Virus record (IMG/VR): IMGVR_UViG_3300032038_000070
Span: 3,399 to 67,398 of that record
DNA length: 64,000 nucleotides
DNA from: a virus
Taxonomy: Duplodnaviria > Caudoviricetes
Reading direction: 5' to 3' (one strand)
Within the stretch, counting starts at the first letter, position 1, and every line of letters begins with the position of its first letter. Under the pieces are notes generated by a model. The model saw nothing but the letters and a program-made list of their open reading frames with translations. It had not been told where the DNA came from and did no database searches. The position numbers were made by a program, and so were the translations under genes. Of the stretch, positions 8,312 through 18,490 are shown piece by piece.

Positions 8312-10251
8312 GGACCCTCAGCATCGATGTTGAAACCTTTAGCTCTGTCGACCTGGGTGCCTGCGGGCTCCACAAGTACATGGAGAGTGACGACTTCGAA
8401 ATTTTGTTGATCGGTTACAGCTTCGACGGCGGTCCGGTGCAGGTGCATGACTGCACCGAGCCGGGCTGCTGGCCGAGAGATCTGCTGCAGGCGCTCACGG
8501 ATCCGAACGTGGAAAAGCGTGCGTACAATGCCGCTTTTGAAAGATGTGCCTTCGCGACTGCTCTGGAGGAAGAAATGCCTCCAGAGCAGTGGAGCGACAC
8601 GATGATCATGGCTCTCGAGATGGGACTGCCGGGGTCCCTGGCCGCTGCGGGTATGGCTTTAGGCCTGCCGGAGGACCAGCTGAAGGATCCGATCGGCAAG
8701 AGCCTGATCCAGTACTTTTCGAAGCCCTGCCGGGCGACAAAGGCAAACGGCGGGAGGACGCGGAATCTGCCACGGCATGATCCGGAGAAGTGGAAGCTGT
8801 ACATCGAGTATAACCGGCAGGACGTTGTAACAGAAATGGCAATCAGGTCGAAGCTCAGGCCGCTCGCAGAGAGCGAGCAGCGCCTCTGGTGCCTTGACCA
8901 GCGCATGAACGATCACGGCGTCCGGATCGACATCCCGATGGTCGAGAAGATCGTAGAGTATGACGAAAAACGGCGCCGGGAGCTTCAGGAAGAGGCCATG
9001 GAGCTGACGGGGCTGTCTAACCCGAACAGCATCTCACAGCTGCGTCCCTGGCTCGAAAAGCAGGGTATTCCGCTCACTCAGCTCGCGAAGGATACAGTCG
9101 CGGCGGCGCTTAAGCTCAAATACCTACCGGAGGACGTGCGCCGGGTCCTTGAGATCCGGCAGGCACTCGGGAAGACGTCCACGGCGAAGTACGGGACGAT
9201 GCTCGGGGCGGTATGCAGTGACGGCCGGATCAAGGGGATCCTGCAGTTCTACGGGGCGAACCGGACCGGCCGATGGGCGGGGAGGATCGTGCAGGTGCAG
9301 AACCTTGCTAGGAACTCCCTGCCGGATCTGGACCTTGCGAGGACACTGACGGCTCAGGGCGACTTTGAAACACTGGAGACGCTATTCGGGGAAACGGCCT
9401 TTGTCTTCTCGGAGCTCGTCCGGACGGCATTTATTCCGTCCAAGGGGTGCCGATTCGTCGTCTCGGACTTCTCGGCGATCGAATGTCGCGTGGTCAGTTA
9501 TCTGGCCGGTGAGAGCTGGGTCCTGGATGCCTTCAAGGCCGGGAAGGACATCTACTGCGAGACTGCCTCGATGATGTACCATGTCCCGGTTGTAAAGCAC
9601 GGGGAAAACGCAGAGCTCCGCCAGAAGGGAAAAATCGCAACGCTCGCCTGCGGTTATGGCGGCGGCGTCGGTGCCATGAAGGCGATGGACCGCGGCGGCT
9701 CGATCCCGGAGGAGGAACTGCAGAGCGTTGTCGACCAGTGGCGTCAGGCGAATCCGAAGATCTGCAAGCTCTGGCGCCGGTGCGAGATGGCGGCCAGGAC
9801 AGCACTGGGGGAGCGACGGGCGGTCAAGGCGACGAAGGACATCATCTTCCGACCTGCAGACGGGAACCTGTTAGTGCAGTTGCCATCCGGGCGGTCCATC
9901 TGCTACTGGAAAGCCAGGATCGACGAGGAAGGGCAGATCCTGTACATGGGCGTCAACCAGACCACGAAGCAGTGGCAGGAGATTGAGACCTGGGGCGGGA
10001 AGATCGTAGAGAACATCGTGCAGGCGGTCGCGCGGGACTGCCTTGCGGTCGCGATGCAGCGCGTCGAGGCGCGCGGCTACAAGATCGTGATGCATATCCA
10101 CGACGAGATGATCGTCGACGTGCCGATCGAGCTTAACCCGGGTCATGTACTGGAAGAGATCAATGCGGCGATGAGCTCGGAGATAGAATGGGCGCCGGGG
10201 CTTCCGCTTAAAGGGGACGGCTACGTGTGCGACTACTACAAGAAGGATTAA
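8308..10251 (+). CDS. Phage DNA polymerase, family A
   Basis: LSIDVETFS exonuclease motif I, FYGANRTGRWAG, SDFSAIE motif A, RQKGKIATLACGYG motif B, HIHDE motif C. Confidence 0.95.
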   Translation: MRTLSIDVETFSSVDLGACGLHKYMESDDFEILLIGYSFDGGPVQVHDCTEPGCWPRDLLQALTDPNVEKRAYNAAFERCAFATALEEEMPPEQWSDTMIMALEMGLPGSLAAAGMALGLPEDQLKDPIGKSLIQYFSKPCRATKANGGRTRNLPRHDPEKWKLYIEYNRQDVVTEMAIRSKLRPLAESEQRLWCLDQRMNDHGVRIDIPMVEKIVEYDEKRRRELQEEAMELTGLSNPNSISQLRPWLEKQGIPLTQLAKDTVAAALKLKYLPEDVRRVLEIRQALGKTSTAKYGTMLGAVCSDGRIKGILQFYGANRTGRWAGRIVQVQNLARNSLPDLDLARTLTAQGDFETLETLFGETAFVFSELVRTAFIPSKGCRFVVSDFSAIECRVVSYLAGESWVLDAFKAGKDIYCETASMMYHVPVVKHGENAELRQKGKIATLACGYGGGVGAMKAMDRGGSIPEEELQSVVDQWRQANPKICKLWRRCEMAARTALGERRAVKATKDIIFRPADGNLLVQLPSGRSICYWKARIDEEGQILYMGVNQTTKQWQEIETWGGKIVENIVQAVARDCLAVAMQRVEARGYKIVMHIHDEMIVDVPIELNPGHVLEEINAAMSSEIEWAPGLPLKGDGYVCDYYKKD

Positions 10252-10255
10252 GAAT

Positions 10256-10714
10256 ATGGACAGAATACTGAGGATTAACTACGGCCGCGGGAAGATGTGC
10301 ATCAATGTCGACACGTTCTTCCCGACATCCAGGACGCGGATCCGCAAGCTCGGGCGGATCATGCGCATAGACTACGAGCACGACAGGAAGGATGAACTCA
10401 TCGAAATGCTGGAAGACCGGATGCAGGCCATCAAGGAAGAATGGCGGGATCTGTACGACGGCATGGGTGAGAAGAAGATAAAACTGGAAGACGCGCAGAG
10501 GACCTTGTATATGCGGCGGCAGCTCGTCGATAACCTCCGGAAACGGAAGGAAAAAGCCCTGCTGGAGGACGCGATGCTCTCCCGAAAAAATGCTGAAGAG
10601 ATCGAGCATGATCTCCGACTTGAATACAGGGCGGCAAAGGCGCGGCTGAACAGACTGGAGAGAGACTATAAAGCACTGAAACAGAACGTGGAGGTGATGA
10701 AGGATGAAATCTAG
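10256..10714 (+). CDS. Hypothetical coiled-coil protein
   Basis: Operon position and codon usage. Confidence 0.65.
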   Translation: MDRILRINYGRGKMCINVDTFFPTSRTRIRKLGRIMRIDYEHDRKDELIEMLEDRMQAIKEEWRDLYDGMGEKKIKLEDAQRTLYMRRQLVDNLRKRKEKALLEDAMLSRKNAEEIEHDLRLEYRAAKARLNRLERDYKALKQNVEVMKDEI

Positions 10715-13100
10715 CTCGGCCGTGATCAGCATGGCGGACAAGGCCATGCAGGTCCAGTATGACACGGATCTGCTGATCTCGGAGGGAACAAGCAGATTCG
10801 AGACGCACTGGAAGAACAAAAAGACACGGTGGTCGCTTCTGCTGAAAAGGCTGTCCGAGAGCTTCCAGACGCATGAGACGCACGCGGCCTACATGAAGAT
10901 GGCCAAGGATGAACAGGACCGGATCAAGGACATCGGCGGCTTCGTCGGCGGCCACCTGAAGGGCGGCAGGCGCATCAACGGGAATGTGGCCGCACGCCAG
11001 ATCATAACTCTTGATGCAGACTTCGCGCCGGGTGACCTTGCCGGTGAGATCCGGGACAGCTTTGCCCTTGAGTGCGCATGGGCGATCTACTCAACCCACA
11101 AGCACACGCCGGACAAGCCGAGGCTTCGCCTGATCATCCCGCTTGATCGGGAGGTCAGCGCGGACGAGTACGAGGCGATCGCCCGCAAGGTCGCGGAGCA
11201 TGTCGGAATAGACTGGTTCGATGATTCGACCTATCAGGCAACGCGGCTGATGTACTGGCCAAGCCACAGCGCGGACGTGTCGCCGTTTTTCGACAGCAAC
11301 GACGCGCCGATCCTGAAGGCAGACGACGTCCTGAAGGAATACCGTGACTGGACAGACATCGCCGAGTGGCCGGAGTCGTCCAGGATGACCGGCATCCGCA
11401 AGAAGCAGGCGGACAAGCAGGGCGATCCGACGGAGAAGAAGGGCATCGTCGGCGCCTTCTGCCGCACGTACACAGTGACGGAGGCGATGGAGAGATTCCT
11501 GCCGGGTGTCTATGTACCAACGGCCAAGGAAGACCGCTACACTTACGCGGCCGGCTCCACTGCTGCCGGTGTCGTGATCTACGAGGGAGGGAAGTTCTTC
11601 TACTCCAACCATGGCACGGATCCGCTCGGCGGGCAGCTGCTCAATGCGTTCGACCTCGTGAGGCTATACAAGTTCCGGGACCTGGACGAAGGAATCGACA
11701 AAAAGGGCGTCAGCGCTCCAAGTTACAAGGCCATGACGGAACTGGCCAGAGACGATGAGAACGTCCGCGTCACGATCGCAGAGGACGTGCAGGCACAGGC
11801 TGCGGAAGATTTTGCAGAGGACGACGACTGGAGGAAACGTCTACACGTTTCCGAGAAGGGCCTGTCTGCCGATGCCTGGAACGCAGAGCTGATCCTCGAG
11901 AACGAGGAGCACCTGCAGGGCATCCGGTACAACGAGATGGACCGCCGGATCGAGGCGAAGGACGTGCCATGGGAGCGGCCTTTCGACACATGGAGAGACG
12001 CGGACGACGCGCAGCTCTACCAGTGGATCGTCCGGACATACGGCGTGCAGTTCCCCCAGGAGAAGTTCGCGAGGGCGCTCATCGCAGTAACAGACCGACG
12101 GCGCTTCCATCCTGTCAGGGAGTATCTGGAAGGCCTGCCAGAGTGGGACGGCGTCGCACGGGTGGAAACGCTCCTGGTCGACACGCTTGGCGCTGAGGAC
12201 AATCTCTATGTCAGGGAAGCGACGCGGTGCTGCCTGATCGCGGCGGTTGCGAGAGTCTACGAGCCCGGTGTCAAGTTCGACAACGTCCTGATCGTGCAGG
12301 GCCCGCAGGGAATCGGGAAGTCTTACCTCTTCGGCCAGCTCGGCGGCAAATGGTACAGCGACAACCTGAGCGTCTCGGATATGCGGGACAAGACGGGAGC
12401 CGAGAAGCTGCAGGGCTACTGGATCCTTGAGCTGTCGGAGCTGACCGGGATGCGGAAGGTCGAGGTCGAGGCAGTGAAGGGCTTTATCGCGCGCAAGGAG
12501 GACATCTACCGGGCGGCATATGGCAGGAACACGGAGGTGCGGCCACGGCAGTGCGTGATTGTCGGCAGCACGAACGACGACACAGGATTCCTCCGGGACG
12601 TTACCGGGAACCGGCGATTCTGGCCGGTGAAGGTGACAGGCCAGTGTGAGCGGCACCCGTGGGATCTGACGCCGGAGGAGGTCGACCAAGTATGGGCGGA
12701 GGCGAAAGCCCTCTATGACATGGGCGAAGGTGTCCTCCTGTCGCCGGAGGCACTGCAGATGGCGCAGGATGCTCAGCGCGACGCGATGGAGCAGGACGAC
12801 CGGCAGGGTCTTGTGGAGGAATATCTGGAGCGGCTCCTGCCGGAAGGATGGGATCAGATGGACATCGACCGCCGGATGCTCTTCCTGGACAGCGACGAGG
12901 TTGGGACGGTCAGGAGGACGGAGGTCTCGAATATAGAGATATGGGTCGAAGCCCTCCACGGTGTCGGGACGAAAATGGATCCGAACAAAGACAGCAGAGC
13001 GATCGGCATGATGATGGCGAGGATCCCCGGATGGAAAAAGACCGGAGAGCGGCATCGAATAACGGGCTACGGCCTCCAGAGGATTTACCGAAGAGTGTGA
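10704..13100 (+). CDS. Primase-helicase (AEP-like N-terminus plus VapE/SF3 ATPase)
   Basis: ITLDAD, YSTHKH..KPRLRLIIPL, GPQGIGKS Walker A, GNRRFWP. Confidence 0.9.
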   Translation: MKSSSAVISMADKAMQVQYDTDLLISEGTSRFETHWKNKKTRWSLLLKRLSESFQTHETHAAYMKMAKDEQDRIKDIGGFVGGHLKGGRRINGNVAARQIITLDADFAPGDLAGEIRDSFALECAWAIYSTHKHTPDKPRLRLIIPLDREVSADEYEAIARKVAEHVGIDWFDDSTYQATRLMYWPSHSADVSPFFDSNDAPILKADDVLKEYRDWTDIAEWPESSRMTGIRKKQADKQGDPTEKKGIVGAFCRTYTVTEAMERFLPGVYVPTAKEDRYTYAAGSTAAGVVIYEGGKFFYSNHGTDPLGGQLLNAFDLVRLYKFRDLDEGIDKKGVSAPSYKAMTELARDDENVRVTIAEDVQAQAAEDFAEDDDWRKRLHVSEKGLSADAWNAELILENEEHLQGIRYNEMDRRIEAKDVPWERPFDTWRDADDAQLYQWIVRTYGVQFPQEKFARALIAVTDRRRFHPVREYLEGLPEWDGVARVETLLVDTLGAEDNLYVREATRCCLIAAVARVYEPGVKFDNVLIVQGPQGIGKSYLFGQLGGKWYSDNLSVSDMRDKTGAEKLQGYWILELSELTGMRKVEVEAVKGFIARKEDIYRAAYGRNTEVRPRQCVIVGSTNDDTGFLRDVTGNRRFWPVKVTGQCERHPWDLTPEEVDQVWAEAKALYDMGEGVLLSPEALQMAQDAQRDAMEQDDRQGLVEEYLERLLPEGWDQMDIDRRMLFLDSDEVGTVRRTEVSNIEIWVEALHGVGTKMDPNKDSRAIGMMMARIPGWKKTGERHRITGYGLQRIYRRV

Positions 13101-13276
13101 CAGTGTGACAGATGTGACAATTAAAGATATTGGTAGATAGATAAATTAATAGATATACGCGCGCGTAAGAGCGCGTAAAACACGCGTATAGGATATTAAG
13201 AAAATTACTGTCACTCGTCGCATCTGTCACGGGAAAGGGTAAAAAGCCCGAAAATACAAGGTTTTTGAGGTGTGAC
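13094..13276. other. Putative replication origin of phage A
   Basis: TGTGAC at 13096, 13104, 13113; AT-rich spacer; inverted TGTCAC at 13209 and 13225; non-coding, directly after the primase. Confidence 0.55.
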
Positions 13277-13281
13277 GGCAT

Positions 13282-13623
13282 ATGGAGAGAGAAAGAGACG
13301 TTGAATCAAGGCTGCGAAAGCAAATCGAAGACATGGGCGGACTGTTTTGGAAGTTTATCAGCCCCGGAAACAATGGGGTGCCCGACCGGATCGCCATATT
13401 CCCCGACGGACGGATCGTATTTGTGGAACTGAAAACAGCACGCGGGGTAGTGTCGAGGCTCCAGTCGTATCAGATCAGCAAGCTGGTGACAATGCATCAG
13501 CAAGTATGCATCGTGAGGGGAGTAACGGGCATGAATGCATTCCTGCGAGATATGCGGGAGCACTCGGTAGAATCTATCGACTATGACTCTGACGGGGAAG
13601 AGTACCCGCTTCTGCAGGAATGA
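13282..13623 (+). CDS. VRR-NUC domain nuclease
   Basis: SPGNNGVPDRIAI...FVELK. Confidence 0.9.
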   Translation: MERERDVESRLRKQIEDMGGLFWKFISPGNNGVPDRIAIFPDGRIVFVELKTARGVVSRLQSYQISKLVTMHQQVCIVRGVTGMNAFLRDMREHSVESIDYDSDGEEYPLLQE

Positions 13624-14987
13624 GGGGCGTCATGGAATTTAAACCACATAACTACCAGACGCGGGCGATCGACAGGATCATCAGCCAGAAGAGCGTCGGG
13701 CTATTCCTGGATATGGGCTTAGGCAAGACGGTCATCACCATGACTGCCATCCAGGAGCTGATCTATGACAGGTTCGACGTCCGGAAGGTGCTGGTCATAG
13801 CGCCGAAGCGAGTCGCGGAGGATACTTGGACGCGCGAGGCGGCGAAGTGGGACCACCTTGATCTGACGATCAGCCCGATCCTGGGAGACGCGAAGCAGAG
13901 GACCGCAGCACTCGGTCGGGAGGCTGATCTGTACGTGATCGGTCGCGACAATGTGACCTGGCTGGTGGAGCTTTTGCAGAATCGGCGGAAGGGCTGGCCG
14001 TTCGACATGATCGTGATCGACGAGCTGAGTTCTTTTAAAAATCCGCAGGCGAAACGGTTCCGGGCACTGCGGAAGGCAATCCCGTGCGTGAGCAGGGTCG
14101 TCGGCCTTACCGGCACGCCATCACCCAATGGGCTCATGGACCTGTGGGCGGAGATCTATCTGCTGGACCAGGGTGAGCGCCTTGGGAGGACAATCGGGTG
14201 GTACCGGGATGAGTTCTTTCGGCCGGGAATGCGGAACGGCTACACGGTTTATAAGTGGGAGCCGCGACGCGGGGCACAGCAGGAAATCGAGAAGCGGATC
14301 AGCGACATCTGCATCAGCATGAGCGCGAAGGACTACCTGCAGCTCCCCGGGCGGATCGACAACGTGATCCCGGTGCGACTCAGTGAGTCGGAAAAAAGTT
14401 TATACGACCAGATGGAAGAAGACCAGCTGCTGCAGATGGGAGAGGACGAAACAGTCGTCGCGCTGAACGCGGCGGCCGTAATGAGCAAGCTCCTGCAGAT
14501 AGCGAACGGATCTGTCTATCTGGAGACCGGGGCGCCGGTCAGGATTCATGAGAGGAAAGCCGAAGCGCTGGAGGAGATTGTCGACACGACGGCTGAACCG
14601 GTTCTGGTTTTCTACAGCTTTCGGCATGACCTTGACACGATACAGCGGAGGATCCCGGACGCCAGGACACTGAACGGCCCGGAAGACATTGCCGCATGGA
14701 ACCGCGGGGAGATCAGAGTGCTGCTGGCGCATCCGGCTTCGGTCGGTTATGGGCTGAACCTGCAGGAAGGCGGGCACATGATCGTCTGGTACGGGCTCAC
14801 GTGGTCACTCGAGTTATATCAGCAGGCGAACGCAAGATTGCACCGGCAGGGGCAGGAAAAGCCCGTGATCGTGCATCACCTGATCGCCGAGGGAACGGTC
14901 GACGAACAGGTCATGCGGGCGCTGCAGGCAAAGAACACATCACAGGCGGCACTTTTGGCCGCCTTAAAAGAAAGGAGCGGGAAATGA
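13620..14987 (+). CDS. SNF2-family helicase
   Basis: LDMGLGKT, VIDELSSFK, LTGTP, YGLNLQ, QANARLHRQGQ. Confidence 0.92.
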   Translation: MRGVMEFKPHNYQTRAIDRIISQKSVGLFLDMGLGKTVITMTAIQELIYDRFDVRKVLVIAPKRVAEDTWTREAAKWDHLDLTISPILGDAKQRTAALGREADLYVIGRDNVTWLVELLQNRRKGWPFDMIVIDELSSFKNPQAKRFRALRKAIPCVSRVVGLTGTPSPNGLMDLWAEIYLLDQGERLGRTIGWYRDEFFRPGMRNGYTVYKWEPRRGAQQEIEKRISDICISMSAKDYLQLPGRIDNVIPVRLSESEKSLYDQMEEDQLLQMGEDETVVALNAAAVMSKLLQIANGSVYLETGAPVRIHERKAEALEEIVDTTAEPVLVFYSFRHDLDTIQRRIPDARTLNGPEDIAAWNRGEIRVLLAHPASVGYGLNLQEGGHMIVWYGLTWSLELYQQANARLHRQGQEKPVIVHHLIAEGTVDEQVMRALQAKNTSQAALLAALKERSGK

Positions 14988-15208
14988 AAATTGAATTTTA
15001 TCACGGTGCCCTTGCGGATACATATGAAGAACAGGCGAACAAGCAAGGCTGTACATTTGGCGATAAAGCTGATTTTGTGCAAAAAGTGGGTTTTGGGCTA
15101 ACCGCCGCACATATCCACGGATGCATCACCGATTCTGAGTATGATCGGATTTTGCGAAGGTTTCAAACCAAAATCCTTCTGAAGTTTTTGAAAAGGAGGC
15201 AAGGATGA
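14984..15208 (+). CDS. Hypothetical protein (AT-richer insert)
   Basis: ATGA overlaps at both ends; visibly lower GC than its neighbours. Confidence 0.55.
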   Translation: MKIEFYHGALADTYEEQANKQGCTFGDKADFVQKVGFGLTAAHIHGCITDSEYDRILRRFQTKILLKFLKRRQG

Positions 15209-15510
15209 GGGAAATGACAAACGACCAGAGGGCAAAGAGTGACGCGGGCAAGCTGCAGCTAACATTGGTCCCCAGGCAGATGATCCGGGATGTCGCAGAG
15301 GTTCGTATGTACGGCAACGCAAAATATCCGGAAGGCGGCCCTGAGAACTGGCGACAGGTAGAGCCAGAGAGATATAGGGACGCACTTTGCAGGCATCTGC
15401 TGGCATACCTGGATGACCCTGCGGGTGTGGATCCGGAGAGCGGGATCAAGCACCTGAAGCACCTGGCCTGCAACGTGGCCTTCCTGTGTGAGATGGAGGA
15501 TAAGGAATGA
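15205..15510 (+). CDS. DUF5664-like dATP/dGTP diphosphohydrolase domain protein
   Basis: K.DAGK..L.L.P, YG..KY...NW, Y.DAL.RHL, D.ESG..HL.H.ACN motif series. Confidence 0.75.
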   Translation: MREMTNDQRAKSDAGKLQLTLVPRQMIRDVAEVRMYGNAKYPEGGPENWRQVEPERYRDALCRHLLAYLDDPAGVDPESGIKHLKHLACNVAFLCEMEDKE

Positions 15511-15716
15511 AATGTCCGTTTTGTGGAGAACATGCCGTCGTCATGGATACAAGGGCGTACGGCGCAGGGCTGATCAGGCGCCGGAAGTGTAAGGCGTGCG
15601 GCCGGCTGTTCTACTCCGAAGAGCTGCCAATCGAGTACACCGACGGGCTGGATAAGATGAAGGAGGCACAGCATGATCATTACCACCGTAAGATCATCAA
15701 GAAGAAAAAGGATTAA
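15507..15716 (+). CDS. NrdR-like zinc-ribbon protein
   Basis: MKCPFCG...DTR...RRRKCKACG..F; homologue at 47385..47588. Confidence 0.75.
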   Translation: MKCPFCGEHAVVMDTRAYGAGLIRRRKCKACGRLFYSEELPIEYTDGLDKMKEAQHDHYHRKIIKKKKD

Positions 15717-15782
15717 GGCAGCGGTCATCGTGATCGAGGTGGTCGTCCTGCTCTGGCTGCTGGGACTGTTGTGGAGGATGTG

Positions 15783-15992
15783 ATGATAGGGGAACGAATC
15801 AAGAGGCGAAGAACAGAATTAGGAATTTCGACTGCAGAACTGGCAGGCAGGCTCTATCTTTCCGCGAGCGCGGTCAGGCAGTGGCAGCACGGAGACACGA
15901 TCCCGCGGGTCGATGTTATCCCTGCGCTATGCACAGCGCTGGAATGCACACCAAATTATTTATTTGAGTTCTGTGAAGCGGTAAACGGCTAA
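15783..15992 (+). CDS. XRE HTH protein
   Basis: HTH motif; homologue at 47572..47787. Confidence 0.75.
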   Translation: MIGERIKRRRTELGISTAELAGRLYLSASAVRQWQHGDTIPRVDVIPALCTALECTPNYLFEFCEAVNG

Positions 15993-16174
15993 GGAGGAAA
16001 TGACATGAAGGAAAAACTGGAACAGATCGAAAAGGAACTGGAGGCTGTCGTGTTTGTGCTTGGCTCGCTCAGGCGCGAGCTGACGGAACTGGCCGAGAAG
16101 CTGGAAGCACAGGAGGACGACCTGAAATGAAGACAGAGACGAAGCCATTGTGCAGCGCTTAGGGAGGGAAGAAG

Positions 16175-16603
16175 ATGACGATTTCTGAGACCTATGAGTT
16201 TTTAGACAGTGTACGGAAGATGGAAGCGGAGATCGTGAAGAAGCAGCTCCAGCACGACGAGCTGCAGAGCTGCCTGCTGCCGAAGGCGATCACGTACGAC
16301 AGCGACCGGGTGCAGACCTCACCGGATGACGCGATGAGTAAGATCGCCTCGCGGGTCCTTGACTTGGAGAAAGAGATCCGGCAGATGCGTGCACGGAAGG
16401 CGAACAGGATCGTGACGGTCAGCACTGCGATCTCGAAGCTGGAGAACGACACCGAGCAAATCATCCTGATGGCGTTCTACGTCGGGCGGCTCCCAGCATC
16501 CAGGATCGCCGAGATCACGCACTACACTGTCCGCGGAGTCTACAAGGTGAAGCATCGGGCGGTCGTGCACATGGCGGAAAAGTGTTCACAAAGTTCACCA
16601 TGA
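16175..16603 (+). CDS. ArpU/RinA-like late transcriptional activator
   Basis: L..AITYDSDRVQTSP motif, C-terminal HTH, position just before terS. Confidence 0.75.
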   Translation: MTISETYEFLDSVRKMEAEIVKKQLQHDELQSCLLPKAITYDSDRVQTSPDDAMSKIASRVLDLEKEIRQMRARKANRIVTVSTAISKLENDTEQIILMAFYVGRLPASRIAEITHYTVRGVYKVKHRAVVHMAEKCSQSSP

Positions 16604-16617
16604 CCCTGTGATATTAT
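16584..16617 (+). promoter_or_regulatory. Putative late promoter A
   Basis: GTTCAC direct repeats at 16584 and 16593; extended -10 TG-A-TATTAT at 16609-16617. Confidence 0.45.
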
Positions 16618-16715
16618 TAGGGTGTGTTCAAAGACTTGCTGTTCATCTTTCGTAACTCCTTACTTAGAAGGCGTCGGAATCTTCCGGCGCCTGTTTTATT
16701 GCCCGGAGGTGTCTT

Positions 16716-17198
16716 GTGTCCAGAAAATACGATCGATGGCTGACCGAAGAGGGCCTGCTGAAGATCACCGGCTGGGCGCGCGACGGCCTCATCGACAAAC
16801 AGATCGCCCACAACATGGGCGTCTCTTATACGTCCCTGAGGGAATGGAAGAATCAGTTCCCGGCCATCGCGGAAGCGCTGCGCAAGGGGAAGGAGGTCGT
16901 CGATCGTGAAGTTGAGAACGCCCTTTACAAGAGCGCGATCGGCTACACACAGACGATCCGGAAACCGGTCAAGGTGAAGATCGTCGACTACGATCCGGAG
17001 ACCGGCAGGAAGATCCGCGAGACAGAATCGTGGAAGGCCGTCGAGGAAGAAATCCACGTGCCGCCGCAGGTGACGGCGCAGATCTTCTGGCTGAAGAACA
17101 GGAAGCCCGACCAGTGGCGTGAGAAGAACGACCTGACGCTGACACCTTCGAACGGTGTCCTGGAGTCCCTGATCGAGTTGGAAGGGGGCAAGAAGTGA
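16716..17198 (+). CDS. terS: Terminase small subunit
   Basis: GWARDGL.DKQIA.NMG, VENALYKSA.GY, AQIFWLKNRKPD.WR. Confidence 0.88.
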   Translation: MSRKYDRWLTEEGLLKITGWARDGLIDKQIAHNMGVSYTSLREWKNQFPAIAEALRKGKEVVDREVENALYKSAIGYTQTIRKPVKVKIVDYDPETGRKIRETESWKAVEEEIHVPPQVTAQIFWLKNRKPDQWREKNDLTLTPSNGVLESLIELEGGKK

Positions 17199-18490
17199 GC
17201 GCGGTCACATGGAGCCCGAAGCAGCGTGAGCTGATCATGGCACCCTTCGATCATACGCTTGACTGGATGGAAGGAACACCGAGATCCGGAAAGACGACAG
17301 CGGCAACAGCACGCTTCACGCGGCACCTGATTGGCTGCCGGGACACGAATCACCTGGTCACGGCCTACAGCGCAGAGCAGGCGTACAGGCTGATCATTGA
17401 CGGGGACGGCTTCGGCCTGATCCACAACTTCGCTGGTTATGTAAAACCAAGCCACGACGACGAGGGCGCGCACCTGCTGATCACGCTCCCGGAGAGTCGT
17501 TATGGATCCGAGAGGAACGTCCGGAAGGTCTACTGGAAGGGCGGCGGCAAAGCTGACAGCCACAAGAGCATCACCGGCATGAGTCTCGGGTCGGTCTACT
17601 TCTGCGAGATCAACCTGCTGCACATGACGATGATCCAGGAGTGCCTTCGCCGTACATACGCGGCAAAGGATCGCTGGCACATCGCAGACTGCAACCCGCC
17701 TGCACCGATGGATCCGGTCATCAAGGAAGTCCTCGAGGTGCAGGACTGCAGGTTCATGCATTGGACCTGCGCAGACAATCCAATCCTGACACCGAAGCGT
17801 CTGGAAGAGATCAAAACCGCCTGCAGCAAATCGACCTTCCTCTGGAAGCGCGACTGGCTTGGGGAGCGGACGATCCCGCAGGGCGTCATCTATTGGATGT
17901 TTGACACGTCCAGGCACATCCTCGACAGGATCCCTGATGGGCTGACAAAGCTTGAGATGTTCTTCGCCGGTGATGGAGGCGCGACGGATGCGACCTCGAT
18001 CGGGTGCTATGTCGTCTGTATGTTGGGCGACAGGAAGCACAGGCTTTTCCGCGTCGGTAACTGGCACTACGACGGCGGCCAGATGGCCATGAGCGACCAG
18101 GCGCGTCACATCTGCGGCGAGTTCATACCGGCGATGCGGCAGAAGACCGGGATGCGCGAGAGCTGCATCATGATCGACCCGGCGTGCAAGGCGCTGAGGC
18201 TCGAGATCGACAAGCTCGGATATTTGACGAACAAGGCCGACAACAACGGCCACGATATAAAGGGCACCAGCAAAGGGATCAAGGTTGGCATCGAGGAGCT
18301 GCAGAACGCGATCAGCGACGGCCGCTTCTACCTGGTCGACGATCCGCGCTACGGTGTTGAGCCGGCGATTAAGGAAATTGGCCTGTACTGCGTGGACGAC
18401 AACGGCGAGCCGGTTGACGCGTACAACCATTGCTGTGATGAAATGCGATACGGTCACAACTACTTCGCTAAGACATACGGGTACTGGTGA
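17195..18490 (+). CDS. terL: Terminase large subunit (PBSX-like)
   Basis: EGTPRSGKT Walker A, nuclease DGG.TD...IDPA...NHCCDEMRY. Confidence 0.93.
   Translation: MSAVTWSPKQRELIMAPFDHTLDWMEGTPRSGKTTAATARFTRHLIGCRDTNHLVTAYSAEQAYRLIIDGDGFGLIHNFAGYVKPSHDDEGAHLLITLPESRYGSERNVRKVYWKGGGKADSHKSITGMSLGSVYFCEINLLHMTMIQECLRRTYAAKDRWHIADCNPPAPMDPVIKEVLEVQDCRFMHWTCADNPILTPKRLEEIKTACSKSTFLWKRDWLGERTIPQGVIYWMFDTSRHILDRIPDGLTKLEMFFAGDGGATDATSIGCYVVCMLGDRKHRLFRVGNWHYDGGQMAMSDQARHICGEFIPAMRQKTGMRESCIMIDPACKALRLEIDKLGYLTNKADNNGHDIKGTSKGIKVGIEELQNAISDGRFYLVDDPRYGVEPAIKEIGLYCVDDNGEPVDAYNHCCDEMRYGHNYFAKTYGYW

Noticed and set aside
15205-15510. Z-genome or 7-deazaguanine system in phage A
   Set aside because: No purZ, dpdA or folE/queCDE-like genes seen; kept only as an orphan-domain note.
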